DNA of 64,000 nucleotides. It comes from a virus (lineage: Duplodnaviria; Caudoviricetes). The stretch is taken from the IMG/VR virus record IMGVR_UViG_3300032132_000748; one strand, 5' to 3'. The notes beneath the pieces were generated by a model, which saw only the letters and a program-made list of their open reading frames with translations, made no database searches and was not told the DNA's origin. A program made the translations under genes and the position numbers. Positions 20,230 to 30,400 of this stretch are shown in pieces. Every line of letters begins with the position of its first letter. Positions within the stretch are counted from its first letter, which is position 1.

Positions 20230-20244
20230 TCTTGTCTGAGGTCT

Positions 20245-20556
20245 ATGGTAAACTCTCATCAAAGAGAGATTCCAATGGCCTCAGTAAAAGTAACTACAAC
20301 CATCGACTGCCAAGTAGCGACCCCCAACGACGCACATAATCTAGGAAAAGAGATTGAGGAGCGGCTTTACACCGCTATCAACGCAATGATGCCAAACTTG
20401 CGCCACAGCCGATTCATCCAAGCAGGTGCAATCAGGTTCTCCTTGGAGATTCAAGGGCGGCGCGTCAACATTAAACGTTCAGGTGAGGGTGGGGCGGCTG
20501 CTCCAAACAGCAAGGGCGAACTGAACTTACAGCTAGAAGGCCAAAAGAAGAAATAA
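20245..20556 (+). CDS. hypothetical protein
   Basis: ORF coupled (TAATG) to the ligase. Confidence 0.5.
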   Translation: MVNSHQREIPMASVKVTTTIDCQVATPNDAHNLGKEIEERLYTAINAMMPNLRHSRFIQAGAIRFSLEIQGRRVNIKRSGEGGAAAPNSKGELNLQLEGQKKK

Positions 20557-22916
20557 TGACAATGACTGCCCTCCCCAAGAAGCTTGAAGCTACGATCCAA
20601 AAACTACGTGAGTGGGAAGATTCCTACTACAACGGAACCCCGCGAGTTCCAGATGCGACGTATGACGAGCTTAAGGATAAGGTAGTCGAGGAACTAGAGA
20701 AGGGCTTTCCAGATCATCCATACCTTGATGAGGTTGGTGCCCCTGTTCCCGATGGTAGCATCTGGCCCAAGTTTACCCATCCAACTGTGATGGGTTCTTT
20801 GCTTAAGGTCGATGACAAAGATCCAGCAAAACGTCTTACAAAGCTCAAAGCTTTCGCAAAAGGAAAGGATGATGACTTCTTTCTTTCGGAGAAGGCAGAC
20901 GGCTGCACCATTGTTGCTTACTACACTGATGGTGTGCTTGATACTCTTGCTACGCGCGGAAATGCAACCGTAGGTGAGGATATCACCCCCAATGCCCGTT
21001 ATTTTGATAATGTGCGGCTCAAACTGGGGGACTTTACTGGTGTTCTTCGCGGGGAGGGCATTATCTGCATAGATAAGTTCAATAAGCACTTTTCAGACAT
21101 GGCAAACCCTCGCAATGCTGCGAGCGGCAAGGCCCGCGATACCAAAAACCCGGACCTAAAACGACACATCACAGTCATGTGGTTTGACGTTATGACTGAT
21201 GACAAAGTGTTTGGAACTTGGGAAGACAAGTTCAAGTTCATTCAAAGCTTTGGGCTTACCACCATACCTTACTATCCCAGCATTACACTAAAACGTGTCT
21301 GGGAGCTTCATAGAGAGTATGACGACTCGAAACGAGCGAAACTTAACTATTGGATTGACGGTTTGGTGGTCAGGGTTTCCAGCATCAAGAAGCATGATGC
21401 GTTTGGTATCACCGACAAAAAACCTAAAGGCTCTCGCGCAATCAAGTTCCCCGCTGTTGGGGTAGAGTCTGTTCTTCTCGGTGTAGAAATCAATCGAGGT
21501 AAGGGTGGTCGCTTTACTCCGGTTGGTTTGATTAAGCCTGTCCAGATCGATGGGACAACAGTTGGCCGAGTAAGTATGCACGGCCCCGACTGGATTGCTG
21601 CTATGGACGTAGCAATCGGAGATGAGGTTGAGGTTGCCAAGGCTGGCGACATCATCCCACAAATTCAGAAGGTTCTCAAACGTTCTGCTAGTCGCAAAAT
21701 AATAGGTTTCCCCACCCACTGCGATCTCTGTCAAATCAAGCTTACTAAAAATGGCGCATACATTGAGTGCCAGAACAAGTCGTGCGAAGGGGAACAATAC
21801 GGAGCCCTCGCAAAGTGGCTTGATAAGACCGGAATCAAAGGCGTCGGTGAAAGCATCTTGCAAGAGCTTCTTACAGATGTTGAGGACGTTGCAGACCTCT
21901 ATGAAGCAGACTACAAAGTCTTTGCTCGGGCGGCTCGCGGAAGCGACAAGCTAGGGAAGAAAATCTACCGAGCAGTGCAACAAACCCGAACTATCGAGTT
22001 GTCAATCTTCCTGAGCGGGCTGCACATTGATTCTTTGGGAACTACTAACGGACAGCGAATTGCAACGCATTTCAAGACTCTTGACGATGTCCTAAAGGCG
22101 TCCCAAGACGATCTTCGCAAGGTAGATGGTATTGCTGCCAATGCTGCCAAGATTGTGGCAGGGTTGAAACGCAAACGTAAGTTGATTGATCGGCTCCAAA
22201 AGCTGCTTGATATTGAAGATGTCACCGAAGGCAAACTCACTGGACTCAGTTTTTGCATCACAGGCACAATGAAGAGCGGCAAGAAGCGCTCGGTAATCGA
22301 AACCTGGGTTAAGAGCCACGGCGGGCTTATCAAGGGGGTGGATAAGAATCTCAGCTATCTTGTTACCGATACTCCCGACAGTGGTAGCTCTAAGAACCAA
22401 AAAGCAGATAAGTATGGTATTCCTAAGATAATGGAAGCCCAGCTTTACCAACTCGTCAACGGTGGTGGTTCTAACCCACCCCCGAAGCCAAAAGCTCGCG
22501 TAGTTGTTCCTTCTGGCCCTAGAAAAGCTGTTCGCATCAAAACCAGCAAGCCAGTACGTATTGCTGTGAAAAAGCGAGCAGGGCTGACTCTTTTTGACGC
22601 TCTAGGGGCTGACACTAGCTGGGTCGAGGTAGAAAGACTTAAAGATGATCGCTGGGCTGTCACCAAGAATGGTATGACTGAGAATGGCGATCCTCAGCTC
22701 AAAAGAACACATCTGGGTTTCTCGGCATGGTCCGACGATGTTGAGGATTTGGATGATGGGTCCAGCCTGCAATCACAGAAACTTCAAGTTTCTTCGCACC
22801 TAAGATGTGGTGATGTTGAGATTCGCGGGTCGAGGATTAGAGCAACCTCCCTCGAAGATATTAAGACCACGCTGAAAAAAATTACATTTGCCGCTTGGTC
22901 AGAAGGGGACCTGTAA
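20556..22916 (+). CDS. ligA: NAD-dependent DNA ligase with C-terminal extension
   Basis: YY...YD domain Ia, EKADG, NPRNAASG, DGLVV, AIKFP, KAGDIIPQI, Zn finger, HhH, BRCT. Confidence 0.95.
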   Translation: MTMTALPKKLEATIQKLREWEDSYYNGTPRVPDATYDELKDKVVEELEKGFPDHPYLDEVGAPVPDGSIWPKFTHPTVMGSLLKVDDKDPAKRLTKLKAFAKGKDDDFFLSEKADGCTIVAYYTDGVLDTLATRGNATVGEDITPNARYFDNVRLKLGDFTGVLRGEGIICIDKFNKHFSDMANPRNAASGKARDTKNPDLKRHITVMWFDVMTDDKVFGTWEDKFKFIQSFGLTTIPYYPSITLKRVWELHREYDDSKRAKLNYWIDGLVVRVSSIKKHDAFGITDKKPKGSRAIKFPAVGVESVLLGVEINRGKGGRFTPVGLIKPVQIDGTTVGRVSMHGPDWIAAMDVAIGDEVEVAKAGDIIPQIQKVLKRSASRKIIGFPTHCDLCQIKLTKNGAYIECQNKSCEGEQYGALAKWLDKTGIKGVGESILQELLTDVEDVADLYEADYKVFARAARGSDKLGKKIYRAVQQTRTIELSIFLSGLHIDSLGTTNGQRIATHFKTLDDVLKASQDDLRKVDGIAANAAKIVAGLKRKRKLIDRLQKLLDIEDVTEGKLTGLSFCITGTMKSGKKRSVIETWVKSHGGLIKGVDKNLSYLVTDTPDSGSSKNQKADKYGIPKIMEAQLYQLVNGGGSNPPPKPKARVVVPSGPRKAVRIKTSKPVRIAVKKRAGLTLFDALGADTSWVEVERLKDDRWAVTKNGMTENGDPQLKRTHLGFSAWSDDVEDLDDGSSLQSQKLQVSSHLRCGDVEIRGSRIRATSLEDIKTTLKKITFAAWSEGDL

Positions 22917-22954
22917 ACTAAGTTAAATTTTGTATAATGCCTGGTAGGTGTTAT

Positions 22955-23464
22955 ATGAGACCGGGATATTTGAATAACTTAGGTGATACGTGGTTTGGTG
23001 CCTTTGCAGGCAAGAAGAAGAAGAAGAAGAAGAAGAAGAAGAAGAAGAAGAAACGTCGGCAGAAGAAGAAAAACAAAGCTCAGTCTTCGCCAACACCACC
23101 CCCCACAGATCCAAATGCGCCGGTAAAGGTTTGGCATCCAAAAACAAGGCAAGAAATTCTTCTGCCCCTAGAGACAGCCAAAAATAAGTCAGCGATGCTT
23201 GCCTATTATGTTTCCCTCGGGGGAACTACTACCCAGGTCTCGTCCCAGTTACAACAACAATTTGGGACTAGAGGCTTGCTGCCCTGTGGTCGAGATGCAT
23301 CCCTCTTTTTCGGATCTCTTGTGAGAGACCTGCGAACCAGAAATATCTGGGAAAATGCGTATTATCTCATAACTCACGATCCAGCTTTGCATCGGTGCCC
23401 CAGACCTCAAAGCGAAAAACCTGCCCCATCCGGGGGATCTCACTACAACGGATGGTTCCGTTAA
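22955..23464 (+). CDS. poly-Lys protein (MRPGYL..L.D.WFG family)
   Basis: N-terminus shared with 25341-25592; K14 tract. Confidence 0.6.
   Translation: MRPGYLNNLGDTWFGAFAGKKKKKKKKKKKKKKRRQKKKNKAQSSPTPPPTDPNAPVKVWHPKTRQEILLPLETAKNKSAMLAYYVSLGGTTTQVSSQLQQQFGTRGLLPCGRDASLFFGSLVRDLRTRNIWENAYYLITHDPALHRCPRPQSEKPAPSGGSHYNGWFR
23012..23050 (+). repeat. (AAG)13 microsatellite
   Basis: perfect trinucleotide run encoding poly-Lys. Confidence 0.9.
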
Positions 23465-23494
23465 TATCTCTAATATGTTATTATTAGAGATGAG

Positions 23495-24208
23495 ATGTAT
23501 ACAAATCCCAGGAAGACCTTTGATAAGTGGCACGAACTTATAGACGATATCTGCTTTAATCGAATAACGATTAAGGATGCGGCAGAGAAGTGGGAGATAT
23601 CCCAACCAGCTATTTCTCAGTGGCTTAAAAAGCATCCCTCTATCAAAGCCTACTATTACAGCCGTCCTTGGGTTGTGAGACAGCGAGCTTTACAGTTCTT
23701 ACCGCAAGAATGTTTAGACTGCCAGGATATTATTGATCTTCTTGAAGACGGTAACGGAGATGCAATTTTTGTTAGCTCCCATAACCTTGCGATAGAAGAT
23801 CATCTATCCGAATGTGAAAAATGTAGAATCTATCAAATAGAAAAGCGGTTTGAGGTAGGGATTCCTTATAGGCTGGACTGCCCCTCTATTAACGATCTCT
23901 TGACATATATTGATATAGACGGCGACCAGGATACTATCATTACCCGGCACCTTCTACGATGCTTTCACTGTAAAGCAGAGTTTAGTGGGATAACTTACAG
24001 CCTAGATACCGAAACCTTCTCAATTCTAAGCTTAGCGGAAAAAGAAATAGAATTATATCCGACCAGGGGTTGGAGAGAAGCTTTAAACAGCTCTGAATTA
24101 CTTCAAGAGCTATTAGATGTTGTTGAGTATGGTTGTCGTGCTCCAACGTCTGAAGCAATAAGAGATTATTGCAAATGGTTAGTTTTACGAAGATCGATAG
24201 CGATCTAA
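23495..24208 (+). CDS. HTH protein with two anti-sigma-type zinc fingers
   Basis: IKDAAEKWEISQPAISQWLK HTH; HLSECEKC and HLLRCFHC. Confidence 0.7.
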   Translation: MYTNPRKTFDKWHELIDDICFNRITIKDAAEKWEISQPAISQWLKKHPSIKAYYYSRPWVVRQRALQFLPQECLDCQDIIDLLEDGNGDAIFVSSHNLAIEDHLSECEKCRIYQIEKRFEVGIPYRLDCPSINDLLTYIDIDGDQDTIITRHLLRCFHCKAEFSGITYSLDTETFSILSLAEKEIELYPTRGWREALNSSELLQELLDVVEYGCRAPTSEAIRDYCKWLVLRRSIAI

Positions 24209-24669
24209 CCTTTAAGACTTAACAACAGCGCTGCCGCACCTAAAGCGGCCAATACGGTTGGTATGTGAATACCACCCATTTTGCGTCCTCTTCTGCGCCG
24301 AGGTCGATCCATCATAACTACTCTAGGTTCTCTTGATCTGCGATAACGGTCGTAGTCATCTCGATAGCCAGGGGGTCTGTGACCATAATGAGGTCCGTAC
24401 CCATAAGTTTGATTATAGGGATAACCGTAACCGACGTGAATAGGTATTCCTACCCCTCCCGGCTTTGGCTTAGGTTTAGGGGCCGGTGCGGGCGGTAGTG
24501 GAGCGGGTGCTGGCGGCAGTGGGGCGGGTGCGGGAGGTAATACGGGAGCGGGTGCGGGAGGTAATACGGGAGCGGGTGTTGGCGCTATTACTGGGGCAGG
24601 AGTAGGGGTAGCTCCCAGCATTCTGTTTAATCCACCATAGTTTCCTAATCTATTATTTCTTGTATACAT
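24205..24669 (-). CDS. Pro-rich tail-anchored protein (NYGG motif)
   Basis: PAPAPLP repeats; C-terminal TM. Confidence 0.65.
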   Translation of the reverse strand: MYTRNNRLGNYGGLNRMLGATPTPAPVIAPTPAPVLPPAPAPVLPPAPAPLPPAPAPLPPAPAPKPKPKPGGVGIPIHVGYGYPYNQTYGYGPHYGHRPPGYRDDYDRYRRSREPRVVMMDRPRRRRGRKMGGIHIPTVLAALGAAALLLSLKG

Positions 24670-24899
24670 TATCTTCTAATCCCCCATAAAAGAGCGCCAA
24701 TTAAAAGGCTAGCCCCTAATGTTGGCCAATGAATTCCTGAATGACCTAAATCATCATCCTCTCGGCCTCTTTGTATTACATATGTAGGAGAATCGTAGTT
24801 TCTTCGATAGTAGTCGTAAGGGTCGTAACCATACCCATATCCGCGATATGGGTAATACCCTCGACCTCGTCTAGGAAAATGTCTACGTCGTCCTTTCAT
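24669..24899 (-). CDS. small R/Y/G-rich tail-anchored protein
   Basis: GIHWPTLG..TM..RR end resembles GIHIPTVL of its neighbour. Confidence 0.6.
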   Translation of the reverse strand: MKGRRRHFPRRGRGYYPYRGYGYGYDPYDYYRRNYDSPTYVIQRGREDDDLGHSGIHWPTLGASLLIGALLWGIRR

Positions 24900-25341
24900 C
24901 TCTCCACCTATTTAACCATTGTATTAAATCATGGGTGTGTTCTTGTTCTTGTTTTAGAATATCTTCTAAATCTACCCGTAGAGCTGTGTGTTTAACATCA
25001 GTTTCCAGAGTGTGAATAGCATTTGAGTATTTTTCAACCGCCTCTTTTTCTAAAGTAAAGTTTGCATCTAAGATACCGCTAAGAGAGACGGGCTGGATAT
25101 CTGGGATAGGTTTCCGTTTAAGCATCGGAGCAGCCCCATAACCCATCAAATACCTAGTTAATATGTCTATATGTAATTGTTCTTCTGCTAAATGGACTTT
25201 AAGGTGGCCATGAATGGCCGGGGATTCGAGGCCAGATAGGTAATAACCATAAGTCTCGTAAATATCTCTTTGGAGATACTCTAATTGTAGTAATTCTTCT
25301 AAAAGCTCTATGGCTACGGTATTTTGTGTCATACTGGCCAT
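24883..25341 (-). CDS. ferritin-like (bacterioferritin-type) protein
   Basis: E...EEQLH...LEKEA...EQEH di-iron pattern. Confidence 0.8.
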   Translation of the reverse strand: MASMTQNTVAIELLEELLQLEYLQRDIYETYGYYLSGLESPAIHGHLKVHLAEEQLHIDILTRYLMGYGAAPMLKRKPIPDIQPVSLSGILDANFTLEKEAVEKYSNAIHTLETDVKHTALRVDLEDILKQEQEHTHDLIQWLNRWRDERTT

Positions 25342-25592
25342 TATATCATCAACGTATTAAAAGTCCTAGGGTCGCGCAAGAGTGATGCTGATCTAGGACC
25401 CATATTAGGATGAAAATTAGGAAAAACTTGGGAGTATCTCATATATTCTGGTATATAACCAACCTCCCTTTCTGGGGGTAGTCCGTGTGAGACGGGATCC
25501 ATAAACCTAAGAGCTTCGCCTGGAGCAACATAATCATCTTCAACTTGCCCAAACCAGCAGTCTTCTAAATTTCCTAGATATCCCGGTCTCAT
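25341..25592 (-). CDS. small protein (MRPGYL..L.D.WFG family)
   Basis: paralogous N-terminus to 22955; TATACT box 6 nt upstream. Confidence 0.6.
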   Translation of the reverse strand: MRPGYLGNLEDCWFGQVEDDYVAPGEALRFMDPVSHGLPPEREVGYIPEYMRYSQVFPNFHPNMGPRSASLLRDPRTFNTLMI

Positions 25593-25627
25593 TTTAAAAG
25601 TATATCAAATTGAGTATAATTACTTTT

Positions 25628-26236
25628 ATGTGGTATAGAAGAAACCCCCCAACATGGATAACACGAGCTTATTATCGTTTACTTAATTGTGTTCCTACAT
25701 ACAGAGACGCCTTGAATATTTGTTTGGTATTAGGTGATTTGCGAACAGCCACCTATGTATCTACAGATAGAAACCAAGAAGGAGACCTAGTTCGTCCAGA
25801 TTACGATACTATTCATAGGGAATTGATGGATATTTGTAGAGGCAAAAAGCAAATACGGATAACAGGCTTTGATGATATTAAAGGCCATAAATCTCCCTTG
25901 ATTTTTTCGCCCCGAGTCGGAGAATTAGTAGATTTATGGGACGGCGATTTAAATAATCATAAACTTTTTGGAGAAGTTTTGGGTTACTACTGTGCTGGTG
26001 ATCTGGATCTTAAAGATAAGTTTTTTCATAATCTCATTACTATAAACCCCTATTCAGGCAATATAAATTCTTTTTTCTCGCAAGCTTGCAAAGAAGTATC
26101 TGAGGATACAGTCGCCCACTTTACTCAATTTGGCCAAGAAGTAAAAGACTTTTTTGTTGATCATGAGATCACAGATAAGATAGGTTTTGATATCAAAGAC
26201 AAAAAGAATGATGATATTTACGAAGTCTGGTTCTAA
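25628..26236 (+). CDS. hypothetical protein
   Basis: ATG 7 nt after TATAAT; MWYRRNP start. Confidence 0.55.
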   Translation: MWYRRNPPTWITRAYYRLLNCVPTYRDALNICLVLGDLRTATYVSTDRNQEGDLVRPDYDTIHRELMDICRGKKQIRITGFDDIKGHKSPLIFSPRVGELVDLWDGDLNNHKLFGEVLGYYCAGDLDLKDKFFHNLITINPYSGNINSFFSQACKEVSEDTVAHFTQFGQEVKDFFVDHEITDKIGFDIKDKKNDDIYEVWF

Positions 26237-26967
26237 TGAAGCACAGTGCTTGGGATGTTTTTAAACAATACTGCCCACATCACCCGGCACTTGACGATTT
26301 TACAGATTTTAAAGCTTTAATGTCTAAAATTAGGGCAGGAGAAAGCACACAGATAGCCAGATATAACGATGGAGAGTGGATTTGGATGCTCCAAATTCAG
26401 CCTCACTATATGAGATATATGGTCAACTACGGCGGAAATAAGGCAGAAGTTGACAAAATAAGTGAAAAATTACTAGGTATAATTGATTCTTGTCCAGATT
26501 ACTGGATTGGGGTGGGGTCTACTACTCGGGCAGGGCAGGGAATAACTGAAACTAGGAAAAAAGAAATAGATCTTAAACTATCCCGGCTCAATAAATTAAC
26601 TTATGGCGATATATTTAACGCAGCTACCATAAAGATGGGAATAAACCCTCTGATAGAACCTCTTCGAGAACGTAAGGTGATAACCGTAGGTCCAGATTAC
26701 ATGAAAAAATTAGGTATCTCGGACGATCATGTTAGTGTTCCAGTTAAAAATTGCTGGGAACAAGCAGATAAAATCCAAAAATTATTACAAGAAAAAACCA
26801 CAGGGCATCCTGTGGTTTTATACTCTTGTAGTTTGTTAGCCAAATATCTAATTGATGTTAATTATCGATTGTTGGGTGACGAAATCACTCAGCTTGATTT
26901 GGGGTCGTGTATTGATCCTTGGTGCGGAATAACATCGAGGCCCTGGCATAGATATTTGCTAATATAG
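26236..26967 (+). CDS. GT-D-fold (DUF1792-like) glycosyltransferase-related protein
   Basis: IARYNDGE and LDLGSCIDP motifs. Confidence 0.6.
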   Translation: MKHSAWDVFKQYCPHHPALDDFTDFKALMSKIRAGESTQIARYNDGEWIWMLQIQPHYMRYMVNYGGNKAEVDKISEKLLGIIDSCPDYWIGVGSTTRAGQGITETRKKEIDLKLSRLNKLTYGDIFNAATIKMGINPLIEPLRERKVITVGPDYMKKLGISDDHVSVPVKNCWEQADKIQKLLQEKTTGHPVVLYSCSLLAKYLIDVNYRLLGDEITQLDLGSCIDPWCGITSRPWHRYLLI

Positions 26968-26971
26968 GTGC

Positions 26972-29449
26972 ATGGCAATATTATCACCTATTTGTGTAGA
27001 CTCGGTTACTGGTCAGCAAACGGTAGCGACATCAAGTGACTCTTTAACACAAACATCCCCCGCTCTTACTCAAGTATTAAGCTCAGGAAACACTGCTGGG
27101 AGTAATGGGGGTATTGTCTTTGATGGGTCTACAGATGCTGATCGTACTGTTACAGGAACTAGCATTCGTCTTGCGCCCTCTGTTCTTGGAGATAGCGGCT
27201 TTGTTAATTTAATTGCCGCTGCCGGAACAGCCACCACTAATGGGTCTAACGTCACTATTAATGCAGGGTTAGGTGGTAGCAATAATAGTACGGGTCGTAT
27301 CGGGGGATCCGTGTATCTTAATGGTGGGTCATGCGATCTTTTCGGAGTAACCCCGCACATCGGAGGCGCTCGTATTCAAGTATCGGGTGGCTCAGGAAAC
27401 CTTGCCGGTGGATTAGATCGCGGCGGCGATTTAGATATGCGGGGAGGCCATTCAACCGGTACTGCATCGCGAGATGGTGGAAACGTCAATATTAGTGGTG
27501 GTGATACTGATGATGATACAGGAGGCAGCGTCACTATTTTAGGTGGTATTGCTGAAGATGCTGCTGGGACACATGGTAGTGTAACTATCGATAGTGGAAC
27601 TGGTACAGGAACAACATTTGGCACCGTTTCTTTAGGAGCTACAAGTGCAGCGTCTATCGCCATAGGTCATACAACAATTGATACAACAATTCGCGGAGGA
27701 TTAATTGGTGGTGCAGCTACTGGAACTACTGATGATGGTGACCTACGATTTGGAACTGCCACTCAATCAATGTTCTGGGATGCAAGTGCTACAACCCTAA
27801 ACCTGACTCCAGCATCTGGAGCTAACTCAACCATACTAGTAATGGGAGATACCGCGAACCGTGGTGCAGTTACTATGACCGCAGAAGGAAATGGCGGCGC
27901 AGGTCTTCACGGATTCATTATTCAAGGTTCTGCAGGCGTGGGCGGCGCTAATGAAGGAACAGATATAGAGATATATGGTGGTGCTGCTAGTGGAACGGGT
28001 ACCGGCGGTGACCTCGATTTCTTTGCTGGTGCAGGAGGTACTTCGGGCGAAGGCGGTGCCGTTCGTCTTCGCTCGGGCATCGGTGGATCAGCCAGCCCTT
28101 CTGGCACATTAGAAATCGCAACGGGCGCTGCCTCAGCAGGAGCTTCTGGAAACATCACTATTGATGTAGGAACTGCGAGCACTACCGCTGGAACTATTAC
28201 TATTGGCGGAACAAGCGCCTCTGCTTTAGCAATTGGCCGTTCAGGTATAACAACAGACTTCTTATCTGGCTCTACAGTTGATTTTACTGGAGCTACAGTA
28301 ACCGGACTCACCGCCACGTTCCTAAATGTTGGATCAGCCACCGCTGCAACCAGCACGGGTGATATTGCGGGGGGTGACGGAACCAGACAACTTACCTACG
28401 ATGCGGGAACCAACCGCATGTGGTTATCAGAGAATACCAACCCAGCAGGAACTTTGCCAGATCAATCAGGTACTAACTGGTTGATGGTGGCTTCTGGCTC
28501 AACAAATGCCAACATTAGAGAGCGAACGGCTCACGCCACACTATCATCCACTTTTGGGATGGAAAGATCCAAGGGAACTTTAACCTCTCCCACCGCTCTC
28601 AGCGATACTGACATCATCGGAGACTGGATCGGAAAAGCCTATATCGGCGGAACTAGCGAATATCAAACAGTAGCCCGTATACGGATGCGGGTAGATGGGA
28701 CCGTCACCGATACGAGTAGTTCTCCAGGAAGTATTCAATTCCTAACTGTCCCAGATAGCTCAATTACTCAAACATTGCGCTGGACTATCAGAAATGATGG
28801 GGTCTTCGAAGGTGACGTAGAAGCAGGAGCAGCCACTATACGAGGCGCTAATGCTACTACAGCCGCTACTGCGGGCGCTGGCATAAGTATACTTGGTGGC
28901 GATGGTCTTACCTCTGGGGTGGGTGGTTCCATAGTCATCAATGGTGGTGCATCTCCCAGCGGGACAGATGGTGTAATTTTCATAGGCGTAGCTAATACAA
29001 GCCTAATCGACATAGGCTCTTCTGGAATTAAGACAAACTTTTTCTCAGGGTCTACTGCTGATTTTACGGGAGTTTCGGTCGAGGGCCTACCATCCGTTAT
29101 ATCTACAACAGCCAGTGTAGATCTAACAACAATAGGAGACACCACTCTTTACACGGTCCCAGCAGGACTAACGTGTAAGATAATTTCAGTTGTTATAACA
29201 CCAACCTCAGTTACAGCGGCTGGTGCCGACTCTACTGTAAGTGTAGGGACAAACTCTACTCCGTTTGACAATATTATAGCCGACACCACCCTTACCGGAT
29301 TGGACGCGATTACTGAGTCATTTACTATGGAAGTAGGGGGTGTTAGCCATATTGGTGCTGCAGCAGAGGCAATCACCTTCCGTGTTGATACTGCAGATAC
29401 AGGAACAACAATGACTGCTACCGTGGAACTAATCGGCTATCTAGTCTAG
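26972..29449 (+). CDS. Gly/Thr-rich fibre-like structural protein
   Basis: 825 aa with repeated GG.V.I.GG beta motifs. Confidence 0.65.
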   Translation: MAILSPICVDSVTGQQTVATSSDSLTQTSPALTQVLSSGNTAGSNGGIVFDGSTDADRTVTGTSIRLAPSVLGDSGFVNLIAAAGTATTNGSNVTINAGLGGSNNSTGRIGGSVYLNGGSCDLFGVTPHIGGARIQVSGGSGNLAGGLDRGGDLDMRGGHSTGTASRDGGNVNISGGDTDDDTGGSVTILGGIAEDAAGTHGSVTIDSGTGTGTTFGTVSLGATSAASIAIGHTTIDTTIRGGLIGGAATGTTDDGDLRFGTATQSMFWDASATTLNLTPASGANSTILVMGDTANRGAVTMTAEGNGGAGLHGFIIQGSAGVGGANEGTDIEIYGGAASGTGTGGDLDFFAGAGGTSGEGGAVRLRSGIGGSASPSGTLEIATGAASAGASGNITIDVGTASTTAGTITIGGTSASALAIGRSGITTDFLSGSTVDFTGATVTGLTATFLNVGSATAATSTGDIAGGDGTRQLTYDAGTNRMWLSENTNPAGTLPDQSGTNWLMVASGSTNANIRERTAHATLSSTFGMERSKGTLTSPTALSDTDIIGDWIGKAYIGGTSEYQTVARIRMRVDGTVTDTSSSPGSIQFLTVPDSSITQTLRWTIRNDGVFEGDVEAGAATIRGANATTAATAGAGISILGGDGLTSGVGGSIVINGGASPSGTDGVIFIGVANTSLIDIGSSGIKTNFFSGSTADFTGVSVEGLPSVISTTASVDLTTIGDTTLYTVPAGLTCKIISVVITPTSVTAAGADSTVSVGTNSTPFDNIIADTTLTGLDAITESFTMEVGGVSHIGAAAEAITFRVDTADTGTTMTATVELIGYLV

Positions 29450-29742
29450 CTTCCTCCGCACTGACACCCCTTACTATTGAGAACTTGTATATCGCATATA
29501 CATTTTCCTGCACTATAAATTCCAGTTTTGCGGACTTTGAGATCTGAAATCTCAAAGGTACCATCTTCATCCCTGCTTACCAAAATAAGACTATCTCCGC
29601 TGGATATAGATGTCATAGGTATGTCTGGATTATCTTCGAGGAATTTAATTGCTTGTTCGATCCAGCGCTGTTTTGTAGTTTCTTCTACAGGCACGGCATT
29701 GGTAAAGTCGAACCAATCTTTTATCAAAATGGGTTTGGACAT
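29446..29742 (-). CDS. hypothetical protein
   Basis: 98 aa with C-terminal CxC...GCxCG. Confidence 0.55.
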   Translation of the reverse strand: MSKPILIKDWFDFTNAVPVEETTKQRWIEQAIKFLEDNPDIPMTSISSGDSLILVSRDEDGTFEISDLKVRKTGIYSAGKCICDIQVLNSKGCQCGGS

Positions 29743-29824
29743 TTTTTACTCATTATATAGAAATACTAGTTAAGTACCCCTAGTGTAGCGCATATAGCGT
29801 TATATACAAGATTCCGCGTAACTG

Positions 29825-30400
29825 CTAGTAAGGACCATCCCAAGGGTCTTCATCGTAGAATCGTTCTTCAGAATCTGGGTAGCTACCAGGATCTCTACCC
29901 CAATTTCGTGGTCGCCTAGGTATTCCTGATCCTCCGCAACTTGAACAATTAGTTCCTGGTGGATAACCCTCTCCGGTTCCTCGACAATCTCCGCAATCAT
30001 ACTCTCCGGTATCTATCGGATCATCCATTAATGCTGAGTCTAGTAAGGTAGGTGTTTCGTGCTCTTCCCAAGTATCTTGTCCGTGCTGTAATAGTGTGTC
30101 ATATTGGGCCATGCATCTATCATGCCCATATTCGCAATCAAAATCAGGGTTACAGTTATGGCAGGATTTCATACCGCAAACTCCGCTTACACAAAATAGG
30201 GCTTCTTCGCAAGCAGGGCAGCCTGTGCCCCACCCAGCAGGATCAGGTCTTTTTGTTAGTGGGTCGTAACCTTTACTGTGAAGCCCGTGTTGCGAGCAAA
30301 GACCATTATGAATACGAAGATTCTCTAAATTTTTACGGGCAGCAATATCTCCAGGATCTTGTTGAACTATGCGCTCTAACTCTCTTAACCGTCTATCCAT
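29825..30400 (-). CDS. Cys-rich protein (MDRRLRELER N-terminus, DnaJ-type CxxCxGxG repeats)
   Basis: CGDCRGTG and CSSCGGSG. Confidence 0.6.
   Translation of the reverse strand: MDRRLRELERIVQQDPGDIAARKNLENLRIHNGLCSQHGLHSKGYDPLTKRPDPAGWGTGCPACEEALFCVSGVCGMKSCHNCNPDFDCEYGHDRCMAQYDTLLQHGQDTWEEHETPTLLDSALMDDPIDTGEYDCGDCRGTGEGYPPGTNCSSCGGSGIPRRPRNWGRDPGSYPDSEERFYDEDPWDGPY

Noticed and set aside
27070-29376. Several - strand ORFs within the fibre-like gene
   Set aside because: Shadows of Gly/Thr/Ala codon bias.
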